From: Eledone cirrhosa
Lineage: Eukaryota
Length of the DNA: 64,000 nucleotides
Reading direction: 5' to 3'
Assembly (NCBI GenBank): GCA_964016885.1
Contig: OZ024740.1
Span: 26,412,001 to 26,476,000, forward strand
In this document: positions 30,001 through 43,344 of the stretch, one piece after another
How positions within the stretch are numbered: the first letter of the stretch is position 1
Layout: every line of letters starts with the position of its first letter
The notes under the pieces: model-generated
Databases searched by the model: none
What the model was told of the DNA's origin: nothing
The model's input: the letters and a program-made list of their open reading frames with translations, nothing else
Translations under genes and position numbers: made by a program

Positions 30001-33000
30001 GAGAACTGCTCATCTCTGTCAATCACCAGTATGGTTGTCATAAAACCAGTACTACAGGAGAACTGCTCATCTCTGTCAATCACCAGTATGGTTGTCATAA
30101 AACCAGTACTACAGGAGAACTGCTCATATCTGCCAATCACCAGTATGGTTGTCTTAAAACCAGTACTACAGGAGAACTGATCATCTCTGTCAATCACCAG
30201 TATGGTTGTCATAAACACAGTACTACAGGAGAACTGCTCATCTATGTCAATCACCAGTATGGTTGTCATAAAACCAGTAATACAGGTGAACTGGTCATCT
30301 CTGTCAATCATCAGTATGGTTGTCATAAAACCAGTACTACAGGAGAACTGGTCATCTCTGTCAATCACCAGTATGGTTGTCATAAAACCAGTACTACAGG
30401 ACAACTGGTCATCTCTGTCAATCACCAGTATGGTTGTCATAAAACCAGTACTACAGGAGAACTGGTCATCTCTGCCAATCACGAGTATGGTTGTCATAAA
30501 ACCAGTACTACAGGAGAACTGGTCATCTCTGTCAATCACCAGTATGGTTGTCATAAAACCAGTACTACAGGAGAACTGCTCATCTCTGCCAATCACCAGT
30601 ATGGTTATCATAAACCAGTACTACAGGAGAACTGGTCATCTCTGTCAATCACCAGTATGGTTGTCATAAAACCAGTACTACAGGAGAACTGCTCATCTCT
30701 GTGAATCACCAGTATGGTTGTCATAAAACCAGTACTACAGGAGAACTGCTTATCTCTGTCAATCACCAGTATGGTTGTCATAAAACCAGTACTACAGGAG
30801 AACTGGTCATCTCTGTCAATCACCAGTATGGTTGTCATAAACCCAGTACTACAGGAGAACTGCTCATCTCTGTCAATTACCAGTATGGTTGTCATAAAAC
30901 CAGTACTACAGGAGAACTGCTCATCTCTGTCAATCACCAGTATGGTTGTCATAAAACCAGTACTACAGGAGAACTGCTCATCTCTGTCAATCACCAGTAT
31001 GGTTGTCATAAAACCAGTACTACAGAAGAACTGATCATCTCTGTCAATCACCAGTATGGTTGTCATAAACCCAGTACTACAGGAGAACTGATCATCTCTG
31101 TCAATCACCAGTATGGTTGTCATAAAACCAGTACTACAGGAGAACTGCTCATCTCTGTCAATCACCAGTATGGTTGTCATAAAACCAGTACTACAGGAGA
31201 ACTGCTCATCTCTGTCAATTACCAGTATGGTTGTCATAAACCCAGTACTACAGGAGAACTGCTCATCTCTGTCAATCACCAGTATTGTTGTCATAAACCC
31301 AGTACTACAGGAGAACTCTTGATCTCTGTCAATCACCAGTATGGTTGTCATAAAACCAGTACTACAGGAGAACTGGTCATCTCTGTCAATCACCAGTATG
31401 GTTGTCATATAACCAGTACTACAAGAGAACTGATCATCTCTGTCAATCACCAGTATGGTTGTCATAAACTCAGTACTACAGGAGAACTGATCATCTCTGT
31501 CAATCACCAGTATGGTTGTCATAAACCCAGTACTACAGGAGAACTGCTCATCTCTGTCAATCACCAGTATGGTTGTCATAATCCCAGTACTACAGGAGAA
31601 CTGATCATCTCTGTCAATCACCAGTATGATTGTCATAAAACCAGTACTACAGGAGAACTGATCATCTCTGTCAATCACCAGTATGGTTGTCATAAAACCA
31701 GTACTACAGGAGAACTGCTCATCTCTGCCAATCACCAGTATGGTTGTCATAAAACCAGTACTACAGGAGAACTGGTCATCTCTGTCAATCACCAGTATGG
31801 TTGTCATATAACCAGTACTACAAGAGAACTGATCATCTCTGTCAATCACCAGTATGGTTGTCATAAACCCAGTACTACAGGAGAACTGATCATCTCTGTC
31901 AATCACCAGTATGGTTGTCATAAACCCAGTACTACAGGAGAACTGATCATCTCTGTCAATCACCAGTATGGTTGTCATAAACCCAGTACTACAGGAGAAC
32001 TGCTCATCTCTGCCAATCACCAGTATGGTTGTCATAAAACCAGTACTACAGGAGAACTGGTCATCTCTGTCAATCACCAGTATGGTTGTCATAAAACCAG
32101 TACTACAGGAGAACTGCTCATATCTGCCAATCACCAGTATGGTTGTCATAAAACCAGTACTACAGGAGAACTGGTCATCTCTGTCAATCACCAGTATGGT
32201 TGTCATAAAACCAGTACTACAGGAGAACTGCTCATCTCTGTCAATCACCAGTATGGTTGTCATAAAACCAGTACTACAGGAGAACTGATCATCTCTGTCA
32301 ATCACCAATATGGTTGTCATAAAACCAGTACTACAGGAGAACTGCCCATCTCTGTCAATTACCAGTATGGTTGTCATAAACCCAGTACTACAGCAGAACT
32401 GCTCATCTCTGTCAATCACCAGTATTGTTGTCATAAACCCAGTACTACAGGAGAACTCTTGATCTCTGTCAATCACCAGTATGGTTGTCATAAAACCAGT
32501 ACTACAGGAGAACTGCTCATCTCTGTCAATCACCAGTATGGTTGTCATAATCCCAGTACTACAGGAGAACTGATCATCTCTGTCAATCACCAGTATGATT
32601 GTCATGAAACCAGTACTACAGGAGAAATGATCATCTCTGTCAATCACCAGTATGGTTGTCATAAACCCAGTACTATAGGAGAACTGCTCATCTCTGTCAG
32701 TTACCAGTATGGTTGTCATAAACCCAGTACTACAGGAGAACTGATCATCTCTGTCAATCACCAGTATGGTTGTCATAAACCCAGTACTATAGGAGAATTG
32801 ATCATCTCTGTCAATCACCAGTATGGTTGTCATAAAACCAGTACTACAGGAGAACTGCTCATCTCTGTCAATCACCAGTATGGTTGTCATAAAACCAGTA
32901 CTACAGGAGAACTGCTCATCTCTGCCAATCACCAGTATGGTTGTCATAAAACCAGTACTAGAGGAGAACTGGTCATCTCTCTCAATCACCAGTATGGTTG

Positions 33001-36000
33001 TCATAAACCCAGTACTACAGGAGAACTGCTCATCTCTGTCAATCACCAGTATGGTTGTCATAAAACCAGTACTACAGGAGAACTGGTCATCTCTGTCAAT
33101 CACCAGTATGGTTGTCATAAAACCAGTACTACAGGAGAACTGCTCATCTCTGTTAATCACCAGTATGGTTGTCATAAAACCAGTACTACAGGAGAACTGG
33201 TCATCTCTGTCAATCACCAGTATGGTTGTCATAAAACCAGTACTACAGGAGAACTGGTCATCTCTGTCAATCACCAGTATGGTTGTCATAAAACCAGTAC
33301 TAGAGGAGAACTGGTCATCTCTGTCAATCACCAGTATGGTTGTCATAAAACCAGTACTACAGGAGAACTGCTCATCTCTGTCAATCACCAGTATGGTTGT
33401 CATAAAACCAGTACTACAGGAGAACTGGTCATCTCTGTCAATCACCAGTATGGTTGTCATAAAACCAGTACTACAGGAGAACTGCTCATCTCTGTCAATC
33501 ACCAGTATGGTTGTCATAAAACCAGTACTACAGGAGAACTTCTCATCTCTGCCAATCACCAGTATGGTTGTCATAAAACCAGTACTACAGGAGAACTGAT
33601 CATCTCTGTCAATCACCAGTATGGTTGTCATAAAACCAGTACTACAGGAGAACTGCTCATCTCTGTCAATCACCAGTATGGTTGTCATAAAACCAGTACT
33701 ACAGGAGAACTGCTCATCTCTGTCAATCACCAGTATGGTTGTCATAAAACCAGTACTACAGGAGAACTGCTCATCTCTGCCAATGACCAGTATGGTTGTC
33801 TTAAAACCAGTACTACAGGAGAACTGATCATCTCTGTCAATCACCAGTATGGTTGTCATAAACACAGTACTACAGGAGAACTGCTCATCTATGTCAATCA
33901 CCAGTATGGTTGTCATAAAACCAGTAATACAGGTGAACTGGTCATCTCTGTCAATCACCAGTATGGTTGTCATAAAACCAGTACTACAGGAGAACTGGTC
34001 ATCTCTGTCAATCACCAGTATGGTTGTCATAAAACCAGTACTACAGGACAACTGGTCATCTCTGTCAATCACCAGTATGGTTGTCATAAAACCAGTACTA
34101 CAGGAGAACTGGTCATCTCTGCCAATCACGAGTATGTTTGTCATAAAACCAGTACTACAGGAGAACTGGTCATCTCTGTCAATCACCAGTATGGTTGTCA
34201 TAAAACCAGTACTACAGGAGAACTGCTCATCTCTGCCAATCACCAGTATGGTTATCATAAACCAGTACTACAGGAGAACTGGTCATCTCTGTCAATCACC
34301 AGTATGGTTGTCATAAAACCAGTACTACAGGAGAACTGCTCATCTCTGTGAATCACCAGTATGGTTGTCATAAAACCAGTACTACAGGAGAACTGCTCAT
34401 CTCTGTCAATCACCAGTATGGTTGTCATAAAACCAGTACTACAGGAGAACTGGTCATCTCTGTCAATCACCAGTATGGTTGTCATAAACCCAGTACTACA
34501 GGAGAACTGCTCATCTCTGTCAATCACCAGTATGGTTGTCATAAAACCAGTACTACAGGAGAACTGCTCATCTCTGTCAATCACCAGTATGGTTGTCATA
34601 AAACCAGTACTACAGGAGAACTGCTCATCTCTGTCAATCACCAGTATGGTTGTCATAAAACCAGTACTACAGAAGAACTGATCATCTCTGTCAATCACCA
34701 GTATGGTTGTCATAAACCCAGTACTACAGGAGAACTGATCATCTCTGTCAATCACCAGTATGGTTGTCATAAAACCAGTACTACAGGAGAACTGCTCATC
34801 TCTGTCAATCACCAGTATGGTTGTCATAAAACCAGTACTACAGGAGAACTGCTCATCTCTGTCAATTACCAGTATTGTTGTCATAAACCCAGTACTACAG
34901 GAGAACTGCTCATCTCTGTCAATCACCAGTATTGTTGTCATAAACCCAGTACTACAGGAGAACTCTTGATCTCTGTCAATCACCAGTATGGTTGTCATAA
35001 AACCAGTACTACAGGAGAACTGGTCATCTCTGTCAATCACCAGTATGGTTGTCATATAACCAGTACTACAAGAGAACTGATCATCTCTGTCAATCACCAG
35101 TATGGTTGTCATAAACCCAGTACTACAGGAGAACTGATCATCTCTGTCAATCACCAGTATGGTTGTCATAAACCCAGTACTACAGGAGAACTGCTCATCT
35201 CTGTCAATCACCAGTATGGTTGTCATAATCCCAGTACTACAGGAGAACTGATCATCTCTGTCAATCACCAGTATGATTGTCATAAAACCAGTACTACAGG
35301 AGAACTGATCATCTCTGTCAATCACCAGTATGGTTGTCATAAAACCAGTACTACAGGAGAACTGCTCATCTCTGCCAATCACCAGTATGGTTGTCATAAA
35401 ACCAGTACTACAGGAGAACTGGTCATCTCTGTCAATCACCAGTATGGTTGTCATATAACCAGTACTACAAGAGAACTGATCATCTCTGTCAATCACCAGT
35501 ATGGTTGTCATAAACCCAGTACTACAGGAGAACTGATCATCTCTGTCAATCACCAGTATGGTTGTCATAAACCCAGTACTACAGGAGAACTGATCATCTC
35601 TGTCAATCACCAGTATGGTTGTCATAAACCCAGTACTACAGGAGAACTGCTCATCTCTGCCAATCACCAGTATGGTTGTCATAAAACCAGTACTACAGGA
35701 GAACTGGTCATCTCTGTCAATCACCAGTATGGTTGTCATAAAACCAGTACTACAGGAGAACTGCTCATATCTGCCAATCACCAGTATGGTTGTCATAAAA
35801 CCAGTACTACAGGAGAACTGGTCATCTCTGTCAATCACCAGTATGGTTGTCATAAAACCAGTACTACAGGAGAACTGCTCATCTCTGTCAATCACCAGTA
35901 TGGTTGTCATAAAACCAGTACTACAGGAGAACTGATCATCTCTGTCAATCACCAGTATGGTTGTCATAAAACCAGTACTACAGGAGAACTGCCCATCTCT

Positions 36001-37550
36001 GTCAATTACCAGTATGGTTGTCATAAACCCAGTACTACAGCAGAACTGCTCATCTCTGTCAATCACCAGTATTGTTGTCATAAACCCAGTACTACAGGAG
36101 AACTCTTGATCTCTGTCAATCACCAGTATGGTTGTCATAAAACCAGTACTACAGGAGAACTGCTCATCTCTGTCAATCACCAGTATGGTTGTCATAATCC
36201 CAGTACTACAGGAGAACTGATCATCTCTGTCAATCACCAGTATGATTGTCATGAAACCAGTACTACAGGAGAACTGATCATCTCTGTCAATCACCAGTAT
36301 GGTTGTCATAAACCAGTACTACAGGAGAACTGCTCATCTCTGCCAATCACCAGTATGGTTGTCATAAAACCAGTACTACAGGAGAACTGGTCATCTCTGT
36401 CAATCACCAGTATGGTTGTCATAAACCCAGTACTACAGGAGAACTGCTCATCTCTGCCAATCACCAGTATGGTTGTCATAAAACCAGTACTACAGGAGAA
36501 CTGGTCATCTCTGTCAATCACCAGTATGGTTCTCATAAAACCAGTACTACAGGAGAACTGGTCATCTCTGTCAATCACCAGTATGGTTGTCATAAAACCA
36601 GTACTACAGGAGAACTGCTCATCTCTGTCAATTACCAGTATGGTTGTCATAAACCCAGTACTACAGGAGAACTGCTCATCTCTGTCAATCACCAGTATTG
36701 TTGTCATAAACCCAGTACTACAGGAGAACTCTTGATCTCTGTCAATCACCAGTATGGTTGTCATAAAACCAGTACTACAGGAGAACTGCTCATCTCTGTC
36801 AATCACCAGTATGGTTGTCATAATCCCAGTACTACAGGAGAACTGATCATCTCTGTCAATCACCAGTATGATTGTCATAAAACCAGTACTACAGGAGAAC
36901 TGATCATCTCTGTCAATCACCAGTATGTTTGTCATAAAACCAGTACTACAGGAGAACTGCTCATCTCTGCCAATTACCAGTATGGTTGTCATAAAACCAG
37001 TACTACAGGAGAACTGGTCATCTCTGTCAATCACCAGTATGGTTGTCATATAACCAGTACTACAAGAGAACTGATCATCTCTGTTAATCACCAGTATGGT
37101 TGTCATAAACCCAGTACTACAGGAGAACTGATCATCTCTGTCAATCACCAGTATGGTTGTCATAAACCCAGTACTACAGGAGAACTGATCATCTCTGTCA
37201 ATCACCAGTATGGTTGTCATAAACCCAGTACTACAGGAGAACTGCTCATCTCTGCCAATCACCAGTATGGTTGTCATAAAACCAGTACTACAGGAGAACT
37301 GGTCATCTCTGTCAATCACCAGTATGGTTGTCATAAAACCAGTACTACAGGAGAACTGCTCATCTCTGCCAATCACCAGTATGTTTGTCATAAAACCAGT
37401 ACTACAGGAGAACTGGTCATCTCTGTCAATCACCAGTATGGTTGTCATAAAACCAGTACTACAGGAGAACTGCTCATCTCTGTCAATCACCAGTATGGCT
37501 GTCATAAAACCAGTACTACAGGAGAACTGCTCATCTCTGCCAATCACCAG
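1..37550. repeat. 57-bp tandem satellite/minisatellite array, 659 units, continuing past the left window edge
   Basis: Consensus AGTATGGTTGTCATAAA(A/C)CCAGTACTACAGGAGAACTG(C/G/A/T)TCATCTCTGTCAATCACC. I counted 15 one-base-deleted units, and (37548+15)/57 = 659 exactly. No foreign insertions seen. The consensus has one ScaI site (AGTACT) per unit. Confidence 0.99.
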
Positions 37551-38199
37551 TTGGCTGTCATCCTTGAGAAATCTACCGACACAAGTATTCTTCCTTTCAA
37601 CTTTAGAAATCGTTCGATTTCAGAAACTTTCCCTGTCTGGAATGAAAATAAAATTATCTCTCTATGGACTTCAACAAATTCTCGTCTCTAAACCTTCTCT
37701 CAGATCACTCAACTCCATTGCTACTGGATATGTCTTTGACACACATTATTGTCTAATTTGCGCTCCAGTATTTGCTTTTCTCACATTCTTCATCCTATGT
37801 TTCTGATTTAGGCACAAGAACAACAATTTTGTCATTTATTATTTTTGTTTTCAATTTACCTGCCTATATATTGTGAACATTTATATAGTCTGGGTTACTT
37901 CTTTTCTGTACAAATAAAAATATAAGTTTATCATACTTCGGTTGCTTAGCGCACAACTAAACATAAGGCTTATATCATTTGTAAACGATTTGTACATATC
38001 TTTACTAACAGGCATATTTAAGACCTTTACTTGCACAAAATAGAATTCTCCACTGAAAAGTACAAATTTCAATGAATTCATTCAGCTTGATAACTCATAG
38101 TAACATTTTAACCTGCCACCTAAACCAGTGAGTGGCTATTAATAAGATCGAAGTATTTAAGACTATTCAACAGAATTTTAGGGAATGGAAAGTAGATTA

Positions 38200-38363
38200 A
38201 ATCGACCCGAATGTATTAATGGTACTTCAATTTATCGATCTTGTACGGATGAAAGGCAAAGCTAATCTCGGCGGGATTTGAACTCAGATCGTAAAGGGGT
38301 GTAACCCTATGCCATAAAGTATGTTGTCCGACGCTCTACCGATTCTGTCAATCTACCACCCTT
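38200..38363 (-). mobile_element. Diverged tRNA-derived SINE, family A (Nin/Deu-like core)
   Basis: Matches the family A core GGTACTT..TTTATCGA..GGATGAAAGGCAAAG..CTCGGCGGGATTTGAACTCAG; B box GAGTTCAAATCC on the minus strand. Confidence 0.85.
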
Positions 38364-38607
38364 CATACTATATATTAACCGACTATACGGCATCAATTCC
38401 AGTAACAATGATATTCTCATGATATTTGTCCCTATCATCCCGGAGAGAAGAGTCATGTACAAGTAACTTAGATAAACTAAATGAAATTAGTGTTGGCTCT
38501 CAGAACAGAAACCTCAAAAAGAATCTCATGCTGCAAACATTCTAATCCTACTTACGTGAAGAGACAATCATTACACAAGAGAAAGGAATATTATTATACT
38601 TTAACAT

Positions 38608-38792
38608 AGCGGTGGATTGGCAGTATCGGTAGAGAGTCGGACACCATACTTTGCAGCAGAGTTACGTCCCTTTACGGACTGAGTTCAAATCCCGCCGAGG
38701 TTAACTTTGCCTTTCATCCTTACGGGGTCGATAAAATAAAGTACCAGTAATACACTGGAATAATTGATGGCCTTGTGCCAAAAGTAGAAACA
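38608..38792 (+). mobile_element. Near full-length SINE family A with 18-bp target-site duplication
   Basis: A box TGGCAGTATCGG, B box GAGTTCAAATCC, tail AGAAACAATT. TSD ATTATTATACTTTAACAT at 38590-38607 and 38793-38810. Confidence 0.95.
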
Positions 38793-39004
38793 ATTATTAT
38801 ACTTTAACATCTTTAGCAGGAAGAGTTCACATGAAGTACACTCATTAATTACAATGCTAAACCTCACTATTACTGACGAGATCTCACAGGGGAACCGCTC
38901 GTAACTTAGTAAATACTGCAGCACAATTAGCAGATTTCCACGGCAGATCCGGAAATGTTTGAATCTCTAAAGACTACAAAGTCGCGAGAGACCTACCATA
39001 TAAT

Positions 39005-39447
39005 AATATTTTCTACGTTTGGCACAAGGCCAGCAATTATCCCAGTGCATTACTGGTACTTTATTTTATCGACCCCGTAAGAATGAAAGGCAAAAGTTAA
39101 CCACGGCGTGATTTGAACTCAGATAATAAAGTACCGTAACTATATAATAATTGTTTCTACTTTTGGCACAAGGCCAGCAATTGCCCAAGTGTATTAGTGG
39201 TACTTTATTTTATCGACCCTGTAAGGATGAAAGGCATAGTTAAAGGTCCGTAACTCTTTGCTGCAAAGCATGGCGTGCGACGCTCTACCGATACTGCCAA
39301 TCCACCGCCCTTTATAATACTATATAACTATAATAGTTGTTTCTACTTTAAGCACAAGGCCAGCAATTATCCAGTACATTACTGGTACTTTATTTTATCG
39401 ACCCCGTAAGGATGAAAGGCAAAGTTAACCTTGGCGGGATTTGAACT
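39005..39447 (-). mobile_element. Three adjacent SINE family A copies (39005-39140 5'-truncated; 39148-39311 lacking the B box; 39336-39447 5'-truncated)
   Basis: Each has TTTCTAC..GCACAAGGCCAGCAATT..GGTACTTTATTTTATCGACCC. The last copy is flanked by TATAACTATAATA. Confidence 0.92.
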
Positions 39448-39974
39448 ATAACTATAATAATACATGTACACAAGGGACGGTGCAGCTGCTACATACACTA
39501 ATATTTAACAAAACGCTATTCTATTGGCTGGGATTATATTACTTTCAAACACACACCAGCGCCTGGTTCATAGACATGATGTCTTCTCTCTCAGAGATGA
39601 CCACTGCTTCGGTAGTTTCTACTTCTCGGAGCTGACTGGTCTTATGCAACCAGCCCTAAGTACTCCTGACTCAGTTGCCTCACTTCCTCTCGTCACATAT
39701 ACTCTCTCCACAAACCTTCACATCTGGCATGACTTATTACGACTAGTTGTACTAATCCTAGGACCTCAGCCGTCAGTAATTCCAACTCTAACCCTGTTAT
39801 ATTCTTGCAGCGTTGAAAGTGATGCTAATCGTAAGGACATTGGTCTCACAGTACTTGTAGAGATTATTAAAACAATAACCATACTCCTTTTCTCCAGAAC
39901 CTAAAACAAAACAACACACACACATATATGCAAAAATCACACTAATATGAAGTCACATAAATACACATAAAATT

Positions 39975-40021
39975 GCATATATACATATACATACATACAC
40001 ACATATACACACATACATACA

Positions 40022-40095
<74 letters not shown>

Positions 40096-40159
40096 TCCTA
40101 TATAATGTACACTCTACTTCACATACACGCATACATACCCACACACGCATACACACCCA

Positions 40160-40223
<64 letters not shown>

Positions 40224-40390
40224 TATATATATATATATATATTCCTACATAATATACACACTTCTCCACTTCAACATATCGAATCCCAGATGGTAAGAAT
40301 GATTTACAAACTGTTGTTTATCCAATGTCTGTTTTCTATTCTAACATTCACTGAAATAAATCACCAAAGCAGGTGTTAAGTTCAATGAAA

Positions 40391-40452
<62 letters not shown>

Positions 40453-40723
40453 ACTCTCTCTCTCCCTCTCTCTCTTTATCTCTCTCTCACTCTCTCTTTC
40501 TCTCTCTCTCACTGTCTTGCTTTCTCGTTCTCTCCCTCTCACTCTCTTTCTCTCTCTCAAATATATTTTATCTCTAACACATACATACACAAACGCACAT
40601 ACACAGTTAAATCTACATACGTGTACACACACACTCACACACAGACTATATATATATATACACCCATGCACGCTTACACAAACACACACACACGATACAC
40701 CCCCTCCACACACACACACAAAC

Positions 40724-40758
<35 letters not shown>

Positions 40759-40760
40759 CA
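39975..40760. repeat. Compound (TA)n/(CA)n/(CT)n microsatellites
   Basis: Directly visible; source of the YIYI/HTHT/SLSL ORFs. Confidence 0.98.
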
Positions 40761-40937
40761 CAGAGATATCCACGGTAAGTTGTGGGGTCCAATCTACATG
40801 AAGAACTCAATGTAATCCATATGTTGAAAATGTAGGTTAAAATAAATCCCGGAAAACAATAAACCATTAAAAGGAAAACAGATTCATGAAATAAGTTAAA
40901 ACAATGAAATAAAAATACAAGTCATTAGAAATAAACT

Positions 40938-41081
40938 TCATCGCTTTACCGTCGTTTCTAGGTGATGATAATACATCGTAACTATACTTCGTTATCGATC
41001 TATGTAAGGTTAGTTACAAAATATCAGATAAGGAAAATATTTACTTACATGTATATCACCAGCTGTTGTCAAAAGCAATGA
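40938..41081 (-). ncRNA. Type I hammerhead ribozyme motif, U3-A8 core variant, long stem II
   Basis: Minus strand: stem I TCATTGCTT/AAGCGATGA, core TTGACAA, stem II including GGTGAT/ATCACC and ATACAT/ATGTAT, then GAAA-CGACGG-TA. Confidence 0.7.
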
Positions 41082-41104
41082 GAATTTTATTCAAAATTAG
41101 TAGT

Positions 41105-41600
<496 letters not shown>

Positions 41601-41604
41601 TACT

Positions 41605-42306
41605 TAATTTAATTATCGCTCGCACTGATTTTAGGCATCTAGTCTTTAATGCGAAGAAATAGAAATGATATCAGCAGACTACTGATGATGAACATTACTT
41701 TGGCTCGGTCTATTTTCAGTCATATGTTCATATTCATAACAACGCAGCACGCCATTTTTAATTCACAGATATTTTTCCCTTCGCTGTGGTTCGTATTTTT
41801 TCTGTCACCTTACTGATATCCTCTTTCTTTCTCCCCCTTCTCTCTCCTTCACCTCTTGCTTTCCTCCAGTCCCGCTGCTGGTCACTCACTCTCGGCTGGC
41901 CTCTTCCTCACACTTTCACTCACTCACTCTCTGCTACTCCTCCTCTCTCACTTCCTCCCGTCTGACCTGCGGGAAATTCTTTCCTCTCACTTTTCGCGTG
42001 GCTCGAACGTGTCTGCCTCTTCTCGTCATTTAATTTGTCGGACTTAAGCCCACAAGATGTATTGCCTTGTCTCTCTTTTCATCTCTTTACGTTGCATTAC
42101 TACCATGTTGTTTGTTTCCTTTCCTCTGTTTTTCCTCTGTCCCGATAACTTAATTTATTTATCGCTCGCACTGATTTTAGGTATCTAGTATTTAATGATA
42201 AGAAATACCAATGATATCAGCAGACTACTGATGATGGACATTCCTGTTTCTCGGCCTATTTTCATCCATATGTCCATATTCGCAACGACGCAGCACGCCA
42301 TTTTTC
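41605..42306. repeat. Diverged ~155-bp direct repeat pair (41605-41760 and 42149-42306)
   Basis: Shared TTATCGCTCGCACTGATTTTAGG..GATATCAGCAGACTACTGATGATG..ACGCAGCACGCCATTTTT. Confidence 0.9.
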
Positions 42307-42310
42307 ATTC

Positions 42311-42403
<93 letters not shown>

Positions 42404-42828
42404 TAATAAAGCTGACGGCCGTATATATGTATCCAACTTTTCGCCAAACGGTTGGACCAAACAGTACCAAATTTGCACCATAAATGTAACTCTTTCCAAG
42501 TAAGAAAATGCGGGTATTTTTGTCCACTGAATTTTGTTAGAAGATTAAAGACATTATTTAAATATTATCTTCTTTAAAATTGCAAATGTCAACACTTCCA
42601 GTTATACAACATTCCTCTCTCTTTCTTAGTCTGTCTCTTTAGATAGATACATAGCTATAGCGACGCGCCCATATAATATGTCTCTGTATGTCTGGCTGTC
42701 TGCATTTGATACATAATTATAATGTCGCACACTTATAATAACTGTCTGTCTGTCTGCTTGTCTGCATTGACTTCGCTTCTAACCAACTTTTAATTAATTC
42801 AGGGCAAAGATACCGCACGCTCTCTCAA

Positions 42829-42898
<70 letters not shown>

Positions 42899-43142
42899 TA
42901 CAATTAGTAATAATAATAAATGTGCAGACTAAAATCCAAAGAGGGGTCGATAAGGATAAATATATATCAAATATATAATAACCCTAGAGCAAATATTGTT
43001 CTCATTGCTGACTTATTATCTTCGCTTTTTCCCGTTCATTGGCAGGGAATATATTCACGTACCAAAGTATCGTATTCCTGTTTTCCTTCGCTTGCAACGT
43101 TTTTCGAAATGTTTACTTCTGTGTTCACAGATTGATTTTTTT

Positions 43143-43193
43143 AGTTTCAGAAGATCCCGTTAAGGGTGAAAGCAGCGATTCTTTGCTTAAACT
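43143..43193 (+). ncRNA. Hammerhead-like motif with atypical core CAGAAGA (copy at 59129-59179 minus; fragment near 47357-47383)
   Basis: Stem I AGTTT/AAACT, core CAGAAGA, stem II CCC/GGG, GAAA, stem III AGCA/TGCT. Confidence 0.5.
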
Positions 43194-43344
43194 TTAATCG
43201 GTTATTTTAATATATATATAAATATATATATAGAATTAGTATATCTACCAACATATGTATACAGATGTATACCCATGCTTGCAAATATATATGTTATGTC
43301 TTAGTACCTTTGTGGTTCTATGCAGGGGGATGCAGAACAATTAC

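Noticed and set aside
1-37550. CRISPR array
   Set aside because: Units are contiguous with no unique spacers, there are no cas genes, and the context is eukaryotic.
1-37550. Per-unit micro-exon/intron structure on minus (GTGATTGAC..TTCTCCTGTAG)
   Set aside because: The implied intron is only 32 nt, with several AGs between the branch-like site and the acceptor, and a weak donor.
4-37806. Plus-strand repeat ORFs (MVVIKPVLQEN.. and YGCHKTSTTGEL..) as genes
   Set aside because: They follow from a 57-bp stop-free unit. A common variant creates TGA in one frame, and the other is the codon-aligned antisense of the minus frame. No recognisable domain.
39524-39904. 126-aa plus-strand ORF
   Set aside because: Non-ATG start, no motif and no supporting exon structure.
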